Assembly: GCA_020426575.1 (NCBI GenBank)
Contig: JAGQPT010000155.1
Coordinates: 1 to 63,704, forward strand
Reading direction: 5' to 3'
DNA: 63,704 nt
From: Planctomycetales bacterium
GTDB taxonomy: Bacteria > Planctomycetota > Planctomycetia > Pirellulales > JAEUIK01
Of this stretch, positions 8,824 through 19,000 are shown piece by piece. The position numbers were made by a program, and so were the translations under genes. The notes under the pieces are model-generated. The model was given only the letters and a program-made list of their open reading frames with translations, was not told the origin of the DNA and ran no database searches. Numbering within the stretch: the stretch's first letter is position 1; every line of letters starts with the position of its first letter.

Positions 8824-10968
8824 CTAGTTCGGCGGGGTGAACAATTGCAGGGCGAGTGTGGGGCGACCGGCCGGGCCGAAGTCGCCGCGCAGCGTGAGCC
8901 ACTCCTCGGCCTTCGGGGCCGAAGCATCCCGAGCGGTGACGTGCACGCGGGCCGGTAGGCGCTGCCGTTGGTTGGGGGCGAGGTTCACCTGCCAACGCTG
9001 CGGCGTCAGGCGATAGTTCGGCGGCAGGTTCTCAATGACAATCGCACCGCTGACGTGCTCGTCGCTGAAGTTGTAGACGAACAGCGGCAGGTCGTGTTCG
9101 GCAGCTGCGGCGAGCCGGTGCTCGAACTCCCAGGCCCAGGGGATCGACTCATCACGGCCCGCCGTGTCGTGCGGCAGACAGCATTGCAGCACGACCGGCG
9201 AAGGCGCTGTGCCGTTCGGTGCGTCGGCAGGTTGGGCGCCGCGTGGAGGCGTGTTGAGGGCCAGTGCGCGGCTGGCACCGGCAGGCAACACCAGGAACGT
9301 TGGCGCCGACGTGAGTTTGCTCGGCACGGTGTCCGGCAACCGGCGGCCCAGGTAGTCGCAACTCCACTGGACCGGGAGCACGTCGGGAAGCGGCCAGTCG
9401 ATCTGCCGATTGCCACGTTCGGACCAGTCGCCGGGGCGCTCGGCCCAGACGACCAGCACGTCGCGGCACGGGGCGTCCCCGTCGCCAGACGCGGCGTTGT
9501 TGCCAGGCGGGACGTTGTTGTCAGACGGGACGTTGGGCTGTGCTGAAAACGCGATGACAAACGCATCGGGCTGGCCCGCCACCACGTGGCGGCCAAGGCA
9601 GCGGGCACCCGACAACATGCGACCGACGGTCGCCAGCGCGACGTAGGCGGGCCGCGGCGTGAGGTCGCCGTGCAGCAGGCCGAATTGCACGTCGCGCTCG
9701 CCGTACTGGCCAAGTACGAAGTGGAAGTGGCGGGCGGCGCCGGCCTGAAGGCTGAGTGCGTACGACTGGGCAATGAACTCGGCCTTGAGACGTTCGCCAC
9801 GCATGGTTGCCGCGCCCGCGGGACCGTCTGTCGGCTTCGCCATGCCGCGGTCGCTTTCGGTGATCCAAAGCGGCTTGCCGACGGCCGCCTGCCGGACAGG
9901 TCCCCAGAGCCGCTCATACGAGGTGGGCCAGTCGTACGAGTGGATATTGAACGTGTCGAAATACGGGGTGGTTTGGTTGCGAAGGACGCCGGCGGTCTGC
10001 CGGTCGGTGGGAACGCCGGTCGTGGCGTTCCAACATACGGTGACGTTAGGGTCTCCCGCCTTGAGTCCGAGGTAAGCCGCCTTCTGATAGGTACAGATTT
10101 CGTCGATCGTGTGGGCCCCAAAGTCGGCAACGTTCGCCTCGTTCCAGGGCTCCCAGGCCTCGACGCGTCCTGCGAAGCGCTGGGCCATCGCCCGGCAGAA
10201 GCGGTGCACGTGGCGCAGGTCGTCCGGGAAGCGGCCGCGGCGGCCGTCGGCGCCAACGGCCCAGGGGGGCGTGTCATGAAAAACCTGCAACACGTTGAGA
10301 CCCTCCCGATGTTGTGCGTCCGCGGCGGTGTCGTAGGTCGTGACGTGCGTGGGCTCGGCAGCGAGTTGGTCGGCGGTCGGCTGCATGTCGCGCCAGCGGA
10401 GCCGATCGCGAATCCAAGCCACACCCGTCAGCGACGCCAAGTGGGCGAAGTCGATCTGGCGCCGAACGTCATCGCGGGCGAACCAGGCGATGGCGGCGTC
10501 GACCGCCACGGGCGAATCGGCGGGGGGCGGCCCTGCGAGGGGCACGAGCACGGCGGCGGTCGTTGTGCCGAGAACTTTTCCGGCGACGTCAAGCCAATCG
10601 ACGCGATACCATCCCGGTCCGAGCGCGCTGAGCGCGACCGGCGACGGCTGCGAGTCGTCGCCGTCGGATAACGCCGCGGGAGGCACACTGCCGCTTGCGA
10701 CCTCGGTACCGCGTTCGTCCGTGACGTGCCACGACCGCACCACACCGGCCATGTCCGCCGGCGGTATGACCGTGACCTGATCCCCCTGCAGAAAGACGTT
10801 GCCGACGTGCTCGCTGGCGACAACGTGACCGGCGGGGTTTGCGTCCGGCGCGGTGGTGGCAACCGGTGGGGCGGCCGCCGTCGGCATGGTGCCGGCGAGG
10901 ATCAACAGCAGAACGCAGGTTGCGGGCAAAACAGCCGTCGGTGACGGACGTCGGACGCTACGGGGCAT
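8824..10968 (-). CDS. Secreted clan GH-A (TIM-barrel) glycoside hydrolase-like protein
   Basis: WEPWNEANV (acid/base NE motif) and KPLWITESD (nucleophile Glu). Signal-peptide-like MPRSVRRPSPTAVLPATCVLLLILAGTMPTAAA begins at ATG 10968. The ORF could extend to 11109. Confidence 0.7.
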   Translation of the reverse strand: MPRSVRRPSPTAVLPATCVLLLILAGTMPTAAAPPVATTAPDANPAGHVVASEHVGNVFLQGDQVTVIPPADMAGVVRSWHVTDERGTEVASGSVPPAALSDGDDSQPSPVALSALGPGWYRVDWLDVAGKVLGTTTAAVLVPLAGPPPADSPVAVDAAIAWFARDDVRRQIDFAHLASLTGVAWIRDRLRWRDMQPTADQLAAEPTHVTTYDTAADAQHREGLNVLQVFHDTPPWAVGADGRRGRFPDDLRHVHRFCRAMAQRFAGRVEAWEPWNEANVADFGAHTIDEICTYQKAAYLGLKAGDPNVTVCWNATTGVPTDRQTAGVLRNQTTPYFDTFNIHSYDWPTSYERLWGPVRQAAVGKPLWITESDRGMAKPTDGPAGAATMRGERLKAEFIAQSYALSLQAGAARHFHFVLGQYGERDVQFGLLHGDLTPRPAYVALATVGRMLSGARCLGRHVVAGQPDAFVIAFSAQPNVPSDNNVPPGNNAASGDGDAPCRDVLVVWAERPGDWSERGNRQIDWPLPDVLPVQWSCDYLGRRLPDTVPSKLTSAPTFLVLPAGASRALALNTPPRGAQPADAPNGTAPSPVVLQCCLPHDTAGRDESIPWAWEFEHRLAAAAEHDLPLFVYNFSDEHVSGAIVIENLPPNYRLTPQRWQVNLAPNQRQRLPARVHVTARDASAPKAEEWLTLRGDFGPAGRPTLALQLFTPPN

Positions 10969-11112
10969 GGACGACTCGGTGAGCAAGGCGAACCGCGGAG
11001 GCATTGCGACCGCCGGGCCGAATTTCGCCGGGAAGCAAATCAGTTGCGGGCCGGTTCGAGCGGTGACATGCTGTACCGGTGATGCGCTTCGTCGGTCATG
11101 ACGACACATTAG

Positions 11113-11644
11113 CCTACCACAACGGCGGTGTTCGATTCAGTTGTGTGGCGATCCAGCGGGACCCACCGCCCACTGGTCGAGCAGCGGCGCATGGAAGTTG
11201 CCTACCTGGACCGCGTGCGCGAATCGCTCACGGTCACGTGCCCCGTCGACGGGGTCGTCGACAGCGCAGCTCCGCCAGAAATTGGGCGACTACTTCGATG
11301 AAGGCAAGCTCATCTGCGAGGTCGAAGACGACGACGCCCTCGAGGTCGTGATCGCCTTGGACGAGCAGTTGGCCGCTCGCGTCGGAGCAGGGCAGCGGGT
11401 ACGGCTCAAAAGCCGTTCGCTGCCATTCGACGTTTTCGACGTCGGCGTCCAACGCGTAGCCCCCCGCGCCGCCAAGGGCGACGTGCAGAGCAAGGTGAAC
11501 GTCTACTGCCGGCTCGACGAAGCCGACGGCTGTTTGCGTTCGGGCATGACCGGCCTGGCCCGCCTCAAGTGTGGCCACGCACCGATCGACGTCGCGCTGG
11601 CGGAAACGTTGCTACGACTGGTGCGCGCCGAGTTCGGGTGGTGA
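11113..11644 (+). pseudogene. HlyD-family periplasmic adaptor, C-terminal fragment, 5'-truncated and frameshifted
   Basis: Frame 1 reads ...LVEQRRMEVAYLDRVRESLTVTCPVDGVVDS and stops at 11296. Frame 2 continues LRQKLGDYFDEGKLICEVEDDDALEVVIALDEQLAARVGAGQRVRLKSR... to 11644. Joined, they give the typical HlyD beta-barrel/lipoyl C-terminal pattern. No N-terminal half is present. Confidence 0.45.
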
Positions 11645-11829
11645 GCGGCCGATTCACAAAACACCGTAACAACGGGGCAGCGCCGCGTCCGTGGCATCGT
11701 AGATGGGATCGACACGGCCGCGGCCGGTGACTTCCGCAAGAGAGGCGGCGGTTCGCGGCGCCGCACCTGCGACGGTCCGAGTGCCCCCGGACGTGCGGAG
11801 TTCCCGATTCGGACCAAGTTGAGAACAAG

Positions 11830-11903
11830 CACGCCCGGTAGGATTCGAACCTACAACCCTCGGTTCCGAAGACCGATGCGCTATCCAGTTGCGCCACGGG
11901 CGC
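11830..11903 (-). tRNA. tRNA-Arg (anticodon UCG)
   Basis: Hand-folded cloverleaf: GCGCCCG TG GCGC AACTGGATA GCGC A TCGGT CTTCGGA ACCGA GGGTT GTAGG TTCGAAT CCTAC CGGGCGT G. 74 nt, G1-U72 pair, no encoded CCA. Confidence 0.85.
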
Positions 11904-11921
11904 GTGGTACTCGTTGTCGGC

Positions 11922-11950
11922 AGAATAGCATGGATCGTCCGGCGGCGGAA
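11922..11950 (-). promoter_or_regulatory. Candidate extended -10 promoter for tRNA-Arg
   Basis: Minus strand: TTCCGC, 17 nt, TGC-TATTCT. The -10 ends 18 nt upstream of the tRNA 5' end. Confidence 0.3.
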
Positions 11951-12088
11951 GTTCCGCCATTGGTGGCGACGACTTGCATGGCACAACGACGGGCGAAGGC
12001 AATACCGCAGCTTTTCGCAGTGCGCTGCGGCGCGTAGCTCCCGCGCACTGGTCGCGGGACTGCGTGCGCGTCCGACCGTCGAGCGGCG

Positions 12089-13528
12089 TCACTCGGTGGC
12101 GGCGCGGGTGGGACGTCCGGCCGTCTCGATCGGAGCGGCGAGGAATCGCAGATCTCGGATCATCCGGCCGTCGACATCGCCGAACTGCTCGGCCAATGAT
12201 TGCTCGAACGTAAAGACCAGAGCTACCTGCCGGCCCGACGGTTCGGTCACCAGGTAGTAATTCCACTGAATGGGCAAGTCCGACGCCTTGCCGATCACCT
12301 GGACCCGGTAGACAAGATAACCGGTTTCGTTGGTTTCCTGGGCGGCGCGGACAAACTGGCCGAAGTTTTCGCCGAGGGCGTCCTGGATGTCTTCCTGGAA
12401 CTGTGAGAGCGACACCTGTTTCGCGGCATCGATCTTCGGCAGCGCCGAAACATTACACTGGGCCACCAATTCGCCGCGGCTGACCATGCGGAGCACGGTG
12501 ACGGCCTCGGTGTCGTTCATCACGTGCCAGTCGCGGCCGTAATAAAGACGAAACTGACCGCTGCCGGACTCGTAGACCAGTTGTTCCAGGTTGTCACCGG
12601 CGGAGGATTCGAGTTGTTCGAGCCGGGCGTCGGAAAGTTCGGCCGGCGGCGAAGCGGGGCTGAGTTTCATTTGCAGACGGGCGACGACGTCCATGCCGGC
12701 AGTGACGTGTCCCACGCCGCGTTTCTCTTTGAGCAGCAGCGCCAACCAGGTGACCCGACCGGCGTGTCGATCGAACTTGTAACGCGCTTTGATCTCGATC
12801 TCGGTGGCGACACCGTCGGCGGCCCCGTGGACGAACCCGGAAATCTCGACCTTGGCCGCGTCGGCGTCGGCATCGGTGAGCACGCACTGCACGTCGGTGG
12901 CGCTCACTGCATCGAGTCCCAGGACGCCAGCCATGGCGTCGCTCGTGACTGTCCAGATGTCGCCCACCTCGACGGCGCCGCTGGGCAGCAACGACGACAC
13001 CAACAAGCTGTTGCCGGGGACGGCGATCAGGTCGAGTTGGTCGCGCGTGAGCGCTCCTTCGGGCGAATAGAGTTTGACGGCGCCGGTAGTCGCGTCGGCA
13101 ACGACGGTGCGGCGGTCAGGGGCCAATTGCGATTTGAGTCCGCCGTCGTCGATTTTGATGACGGCGTCGGCCTTTTCATAGTAGCGCACCGAACGCAGCG
13201 AGTTGGGGTCGGCGGGTTCACCGGTGAGCAGGCGTTCGTGATAGCGGAGCGTGCCGACGACACTCATCGGCACGGTCTCGGACTTTTCGCCGTCGACGAC
13301 CGTGAGGTCGCCGCCGACCTCGAGCAGGGCTTCAATTCGAGTGCAGTCGCCCGGTTTTAACTTGCTTTGGAGCCGAATGGCGTCGCCGGCACGAACCGTT
13401 GGCAGTGGAGCGGCCAAGACGGTCGCCAGTCCGACGGTCAGCAGCGAAACCGCGCGGAGAAGTTGCAGCCGCCGATACGAGGCGGTGCGTGTGATCAGGT
13501 GGTGCCAAGGGGTCCGCGTGGCGGTCAT
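12089..13528 (-). CDS. Hypothetical secreted protein (no recognised domain)
   Basis: 479-aa ORF with N-terminal signal-like LLRAVSLLTVGLATVLAAPLPTVRAGD. The composition looks coding. I recognise no motif. Confidence 0.6.
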   Translation of the reverse strand: MTATRTPWHHLITRTASYRRLQLLRAVSLLTVGLATVLAAPLPTVRAGDAIRLQSKLKPGDCTRIEALLEVGGDLTVVDGEKSETVPMSVVGTLRYHERLLTGEPADPNSLRSVRYYEKADAVIKIDDGGLKSQLAPDRRTVVADATTGAVKLYSPEGALTRDQLDLIAVPGNSLLVSSLLPSGAVEVGDIWTVTSDAMAGVLGLDAVSATDVQCVLTDADADAAKVEISGFVHGAADGVATEIEIKARYKFDRHAGRVTWLALLLKEKRGVGHVTAGMDVVARLQMKLSPASPPAELSDARLEQLESSAGDNLEQLVYESGSGQFRLYYGRDWHVMNDTEAVTVLRMVSRGELVAQCNVSALPKIDAAKQVSLSQFQEDIQDALGENFGQFVRAAQETNETGYLVYRVQVIGKASDLPIQWNYYLVTEPSGRQVALVFTFEQSLAEQFGDVDGRMIRDLRFLAAPIETAGRPTRAATE

Positions 13529-14339
13529 GCCGTGCTACCTCGTTCGCAAAGCGTTGGGTCGGCCCAGCGGTCGGGCCGGCGAATGGTCAACTGTGCACCC
13601 GGGTCCGCAGGGGCCTTTTCGGGCCTGCAAGCGGCGAAACGCCGGCGGGACTGGTGGGATACATCACAGACGCCGCGCGATCCATGTGGGATGATCGACC
13701 TTGCGGGTCGCACGAGTTGAGCCGAAGTGTCGCATCAGGTCGACTTTGCGGGTCGTTCGGTTGGCATGAAAGATGCTTAAGGGAGGGACAGTGGTTGCCG
13801 CACCATAGGATTCGCGATGAACGAAGCTGCCGATTTGTGCGTAACCTTATTTACCGTAAGAGGATGTAGGTGAACAAGCAGCGACGGGAGTGCGGACCGG
13901 CACTGAGCAAAAAATGGCCGACCTGTCACGAACTTCGGCAGGGCTGCTGTCGGCGAGGTGTTACATCGAGCGCCGCACGACGTTGGTGAACCCGGCAGAA
14001 CCGTTCGGCGTCGATGGCGAATGGGGCAATGGGTGCGAATGGAGCGGCGGGGCGCGAATGGAATGTGACCGCCCAAAATCGGTGCGGTGGCGTATTGAGA
14101 CAGCAGAGAATTAGGAAACCAGGAAATGGACAACGCGACGAAATAACTCGGCCCCATTTTTGCCAGAAAAAGTTGTTTTAAATAGGTCGCGTTGATAAAG
14201 TGACTGTGCGGTGGTACTTGCTCAGGATGTGGGACATTTGAAGTCCGCCCCGTCGAGCTCTGCCACTTGGCTTTAGGACCGAGAACTTCGGCACTACCCG
14301 ATGCGCCGGGGGGTGCCGAACGAGGAGAAAGGGTGCCCA

Positions 14340-16007
14340 ATGCACTCGGAATATCGCAATCCGGGCGTGAGGGAACTGCGAGACCAGCAGGTGCGGTTCG
14401 CCCCCCGCTCGAAGAAAGTCGAACAGGCCAATCGCGCCGAGAAGCTACTCGGTGAGTTGGACGACGAACGCGTTTACAGCTACGAGTATCTCTGCTATCG
14501 AATCACCGACTTCCGGCCGGAATCCTACCCGGACCTGAAGATCACCGGCAGCGAGGCCAAGCATGACCTGCGGCTGTTCGTCGAGGACGTTTCGGATTCA
14601 GCGGATGTCGACGCCGATGCCGCCGGCGAAACGGTGATGACCGTCGACGACGTGAGCGAGAAGTTCAACGTTTCCACGAAAACGGTTTCGCGGTGGCGCA
14701 AGCAGGGGCTCGTCAGCCGGCGGTTTGTCTTCGGCGGCCGCAAGCGCGTCGGTTTCCTCGAGAGTTCCGTGCGTCGATTCGTCGAGGAGAACGAGTCGCG
14801 GGTGAGCCGTGGCAGTCGCTTCAGCCAACTGACCGACGAGGAACGCGACTGGATCATCGAGCGCGCCCGGCGATTGGCGCGGTCGGGAGGCTGCCCGGCC
14901 GAGGTTGCCCGACGATTGGGCCAGCGGCTCGGTCGTAGCCCCGAAACGATCCGCTACACGCTCAAGCACCACGACACGGAGAACCCCGCGGCGGCGATTT
15001 TCCCGGAAACGACCGGTCCGCTCAGCGACGCGACGAAGCAAAAGGTGTTCCGCCAGTATCTGGGCGGCGCGACCGTGGCGGAGCTCGCCAAGCAGTATTG
15101 CCGTACGAAGGCGAGCATGTATCGCCTCGTGGGCGAGATGCGCGCCCGACGGGTGATGGATTTGCCGCTCGACTATATTCCCAGCGACGAATTCCCCCGC
15201 CGTTGGGCCGAGAGAACTATTCTAGGCGCGGCGCCTCCGGAGCCGGACAAACAGCGCAAGTCCAAGGTGCCCGCGGACTTGCCGCCATACCTTGCGAGTC
15301 TGTACGAGGTACCGCTGCTGAACCGTGAGCAGGAGCAGTATCTGTTCCGCAAGTACAACTACCTGAAGTACCGTGCCGCTAGGCTGCGCGACACGCTCGA
15401 TCCCGCGCGACCAAAACGCACCGTAATGGACGAGGTGCAAAGGCTTTACGAGGAAGCCGTCGGCGTGAAAAACCTGATCATCCGCTCGAACCTGCGGCTG
15501 GTGGTCTCAATCGCCAAGCGGCACGTTTCGCCCGGCGAGAACTTCTTCGAACTGGTCAGCGACGGCAATATCTCGTTGATCCGTGCCGTCGAGAAATTCG
15601 ACTACGCCCGGGGAAACAAGTTCAGCACGTATGCGACCTGGGCCATCATGAAGAACTTTGCCCGCAGCATTCCGGACGAACTTCGGCGGCGAGATCGCTT
15701 CCGCACCAGCTACGATGAGATGTTCACGGCAACCGAGGACAACCGCGGCAACGCCACGGTCGAAGAGGCCGAACAACTGCGGCGCGAGTTGGCGGTGGGC
15801 CAAATCCTGGAGAATCTCAGCGAACGCGAGCAGCAGATCATCATCAAGCGATTCGGCCTGAACCACGATGAAGAGCCGCTCACACTCAAGGAAGTGGGCC
15901 AGGACATCGGCGTGACCAAGGAGCGGGTCCGGCAGATCGAAGCCCGGGCGCTCTCGAAGCTTCGCCAGGCGGTCGCCGAGAACCCGGCCGCCGTCTCGGG
16001 TGTCTAG
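14340..16007 (+). CDS. Sigma-70 family (group 1/2-like) RNA polymerase sigma factor with long N-terminal HTH-rich extension
   Basis: Region 2 NLRLVVSIAKRH and GNISLIRAVEKFDYARGNKFSTYATWAIMKNF. Region 4.2 LTLKEVGQDIGVTKERVRQIEARALSKLR. ATG 14340 is preceded by GAGGAGAAAGGG. The listed ORF begins at 14301. Confidence 0.9.
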   Translation: MHSEYRNPGVRELRDQQVRFAPRSKKVEQANRAEKLLGELDDERVYSYEYLCYRITDFRPESYPDLKITGSEAKHDLRLFVEDVSDSADVDADAAGETVMTVDDVSEKFNVSTKTVSRWRKQGLVSRRFVFGGRKRVGFLESSVRRFVEENESRVSRGSRFSQLTDEERDWIIERARRLARSGGCPAEVARRLGQRLGRSPETIRYTLKHHDTENPAAAIFPETTGPLSDATKQKVFRQYLGGATVAELAKQYCRTKASMYRLVGEMRARRVMDLPLDYIPSDEFPRRWAERTILGAAPPEPDKQRKSKVPADLPPYLASLYEVPLLNREQEQYLFRKYNYLKYRAARLRDTLDPARPKRTVMDEVQRLYEEAVGVKNLIIRSNLRLVVSIAKRHVSPGENFFELVSDGNISLIRAVEKFDYARGNKFSTYATWAIMKNFARSIPDELRRRDRFRTSYDEMFTATEDNRGNATVEEAEQLRRELAVGQILENLSEREQQIIIKRFGLNHDEEPLTLKEVGQDIGVTKERVRQIEARALSKLRQAVAENPAAVSGV

Positions 16008-16123
16008 CAGGGGCGGACGCAACCCCGGGGTGGGTGCTCTTGGGGGGTTAACGCGGGTTTACCGGCGGAGCCAACTCGGTTCGGCGAACCGGGTTGGGTC
16101 GGGGCAAATTATGGCAAACCGTC

Positions 16124-16151
16124 TTGCGTACCCACCGACGTCCGTTATATT
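16124..16151 (+). promoter_or_regulatory. Candidate promoter for the tRNA-Thr/Tyr(/Thr-tuf) unit
   Basis: TTGCGT (16124-16129), 16-nt spacer, TATATT (16146-16151). The -10 ends 19 nt upstream of tRNA-Thr. Confidence 0.3.
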
Positions 16152-16170
16152 AACCTGTTTCCCCGGACGC

Positions 16171-16243
16171 GCTAGCGTAGCTCAATTGGCAGAGCAGCTG
16201 ATTTGTAATCAGCAGGTTGTGGGTTCAAGTCCCTCCGCTAGCT
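16171..16243 (+). tRNA. tRNA-Thr (anticodon UGU)
   Basis: GCTAGCG TA GCTC AATTGGCA GAGC A GCTGA TTTGTAA TCAGC AGGTT GTGGG TTCAAGT CCCTC CGCTAGC T. There is one U-U mismatch in the T stem. Confidence 0.85.
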
Positions 16244-16471
16244 CATCGAGCGGCTAGCGGCGACGGAGAACCGACGGCGCTGCCTCCGTGGCGTACGCCG
16301 ACAAGCCGGGCGTGTTCCAGAGCCGACCGCGGAATTGCGGGCGATTCGCTGAAATCGGTTGGTTGTGGAGATGATGGTCAAGTTGCGTTGAGGTCCAAGG
16401 GAGTGGTTGCGCTGGGAAGTCGCCGGTTTTGTCGCCAAGCCAAAGCCGACCACGACTGAGTGCGGCTCATC

Positions 16472-16553
16472 GGGGGGTTTCCCGAGCGGTCAAAGGGGTC
16501 AGACTGTAAATCTGATGGCATTGCCTTCACAGGTTCGAATCCTGTACCCCCCA
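16472..16553 (+). tRNA. tRNA-Tyr (anticodon GUA), long variable arm
   Basis: GGGGGGT TT CCCGAGCGGTCAAAGGGG TCAGA CTGTAAA TCTGA TGGCATTGCCTTC ACAGG TTCGAAT CCTGT ACCCCCC A. It closely parallels E. coli tRNA-Tyr. Confidence 0.9.
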
Positions 16554-17009
16554 TTATCGAGCGGCACGTTCCGCTTCCCGCCCGCACCAGGGCCTTAGTT
16601 ACCCAGGACCACTAGCGCAGGGAATTGCAGTTTAGTTGCAGATTGTTGCACCGTCCGAGGGGGTCAGCGGAATGAGAATCAATCTGTGGAGAAAAGTTGC
16701 TGAGAGAAGATTTTTTGCAGCGGTTTCGGTGGCAGCGCCCCCTTATGTTGCGGGGACGATTTTGTAGAATGACGGGTCGCATCGAGCGCAGAGGGTCTGC
16801 GCCGTGGCGGTCGCGTCGGCCATCTTTCAGGGCTGATGTGCGCCGCTCCGGCTGACGGGCAATCCCGTCGATGCGGCACGAGACGGTGAGCGAGAGCAAC
16901 GGTGGTCCCAAGGACGGTTGATCTGGGGACGCGATTGAGTCTGCGGCGCGAGTCTATTCAACAGGGTGTCAAAACGCACCGGGTGGATTGCCCGCTAGGA
17001 CTCGGACAG

Positions 17010-17083
17010 GCTGCTGTAGCTCAGTTGGTAGAGCGCGTCCTTGGTAAGGACGAGGTTCATGGGTTCAAGTCCCATCAGCAGCT
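17010..17083 (+). tRNA. tRNA-Thr (anticodon GGU)
   Basis: GCTGCTG TA GCTC AGTTGGTA GAGC G CGTCC TTGGTAA GGACG AGGTTC ATGGG TTCAAGT CCCAT CAGCAGC T. Confidence 0.85.
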
Positions 17084-17403
17084 CTTGTGTATTGATGCAT
17101 ACAGAACAAGCTGGGCAGAGTGACACGCTGGGCAGAAAGACATTCGCAGGTGCAGCGGTTCGACTGGCTCGGCCAGCCTGGATCGTTGGCGGTGGGTGTC
17201 AACCAAGTGATGACGTGCAGGGGTGATTTGTTGCAGGTGAAGGTTAGTTGATTGGCACCGTCGATCCCCGCCGTGGATCGCGTGAGATGAACTAGACATC
17301 GTATTGAGTTGTGAGGCTGTTGGCGGACGCCGTGTGGCCCGCGCAGCACCATTTCCAAAAACTTCTGGCTTATTTGTCGAGAGAAAAGAGATAGGGAGAA
17401 AGA

Positions 17404-18603
<1,200 letters not shown>

Positions 18604-18608
18604 AAACG

Positions 18609-18646
18609 ATGTTGCCCGGGCGATTCCAGAATCGCCCGGGCAACAT
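18609..18646 (+). terminator. Perfect 18-bp hairpin directly after tuf (terminator or processing element)
   Basis: ATGTTGCCCGGGCGATTC-CA-GAATCGCCCGGGCAACAT. Only a weak T tract (TTAAGAG) follows. Confidence 0.4.
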
Positions 18647-18728
18647 TTAAGAGTTAGCGGCGCGACGCGCGTGGCCGGCAAACGGCGACGCACGAACGTG
18701 AGGATCGATTAGCGCGAGGGACCCATAG

Positions 18729-18804
18729 AGGGGCGTAGCTCAATTGGCAGAGCGCTGGTCTCCAAAACCAGAGGTTGCGAGTTCGATTCCCGCCGCCCCT
18801 GCCA
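18729..18804 (+). tRNA. tRNA-Trp (anticodon CCA), CCA end encoded
   Basis: AGGGGCG TA GCTC AATTGGCA GAGC G CTGGT CTCCAAA ACCAG AGGTT GCGAG TTCGATT CCCGC CGCCCCT G CCA. Confidence 0.9.
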
Positions 18805-18822
18805 CTATCGGTGTCGTCCAGT

Positions 18823-18853
18823 GCGACGGCCGTCCGGTGCGGACGGCCGTCGC
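18823..18853 (+). terminator. 14-bp GC-rich hairpin after tRNA-Trp
   Basis: GCGACGGCCGTCCG-GTG-CGGACGGCCGTCGC followed by TTGG. The T tract is weak. Confidence 0.35.
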
Positions 18854-19000
18854 TTGGACCCCGCTCGCGTGAATTCGGATGAGACGAGGCGAACGGTTGG
18901 AGTGACGGATCATGCTCGGTGAGGGCCGGTGCGTCGCAAAGCGATCATCGGCGACGCCGAAGAACAGGGTGACGGTCACCCGATTTCGACGCACTAGGAC

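Noticed and set aside
13777-14340. 187-aa minus-strand ORF in the spacer upstream of the sigma factor.
   Set aside because: It is Pro/Ser/Arg-rich, has no motif, spans the AT-rich promoter-like patch and overlaps the sigma factor start. It is more likely non-coding.
16554-17009. Searched by eye for a degenerate tRNA-Gly (the glyT position) in the Tyr-Thr spacer.
   Set aside because: No GTTCRA T-loop or acceptor-stem complementarity was found. The absence should still be confirmed with tRNAscan-SE.
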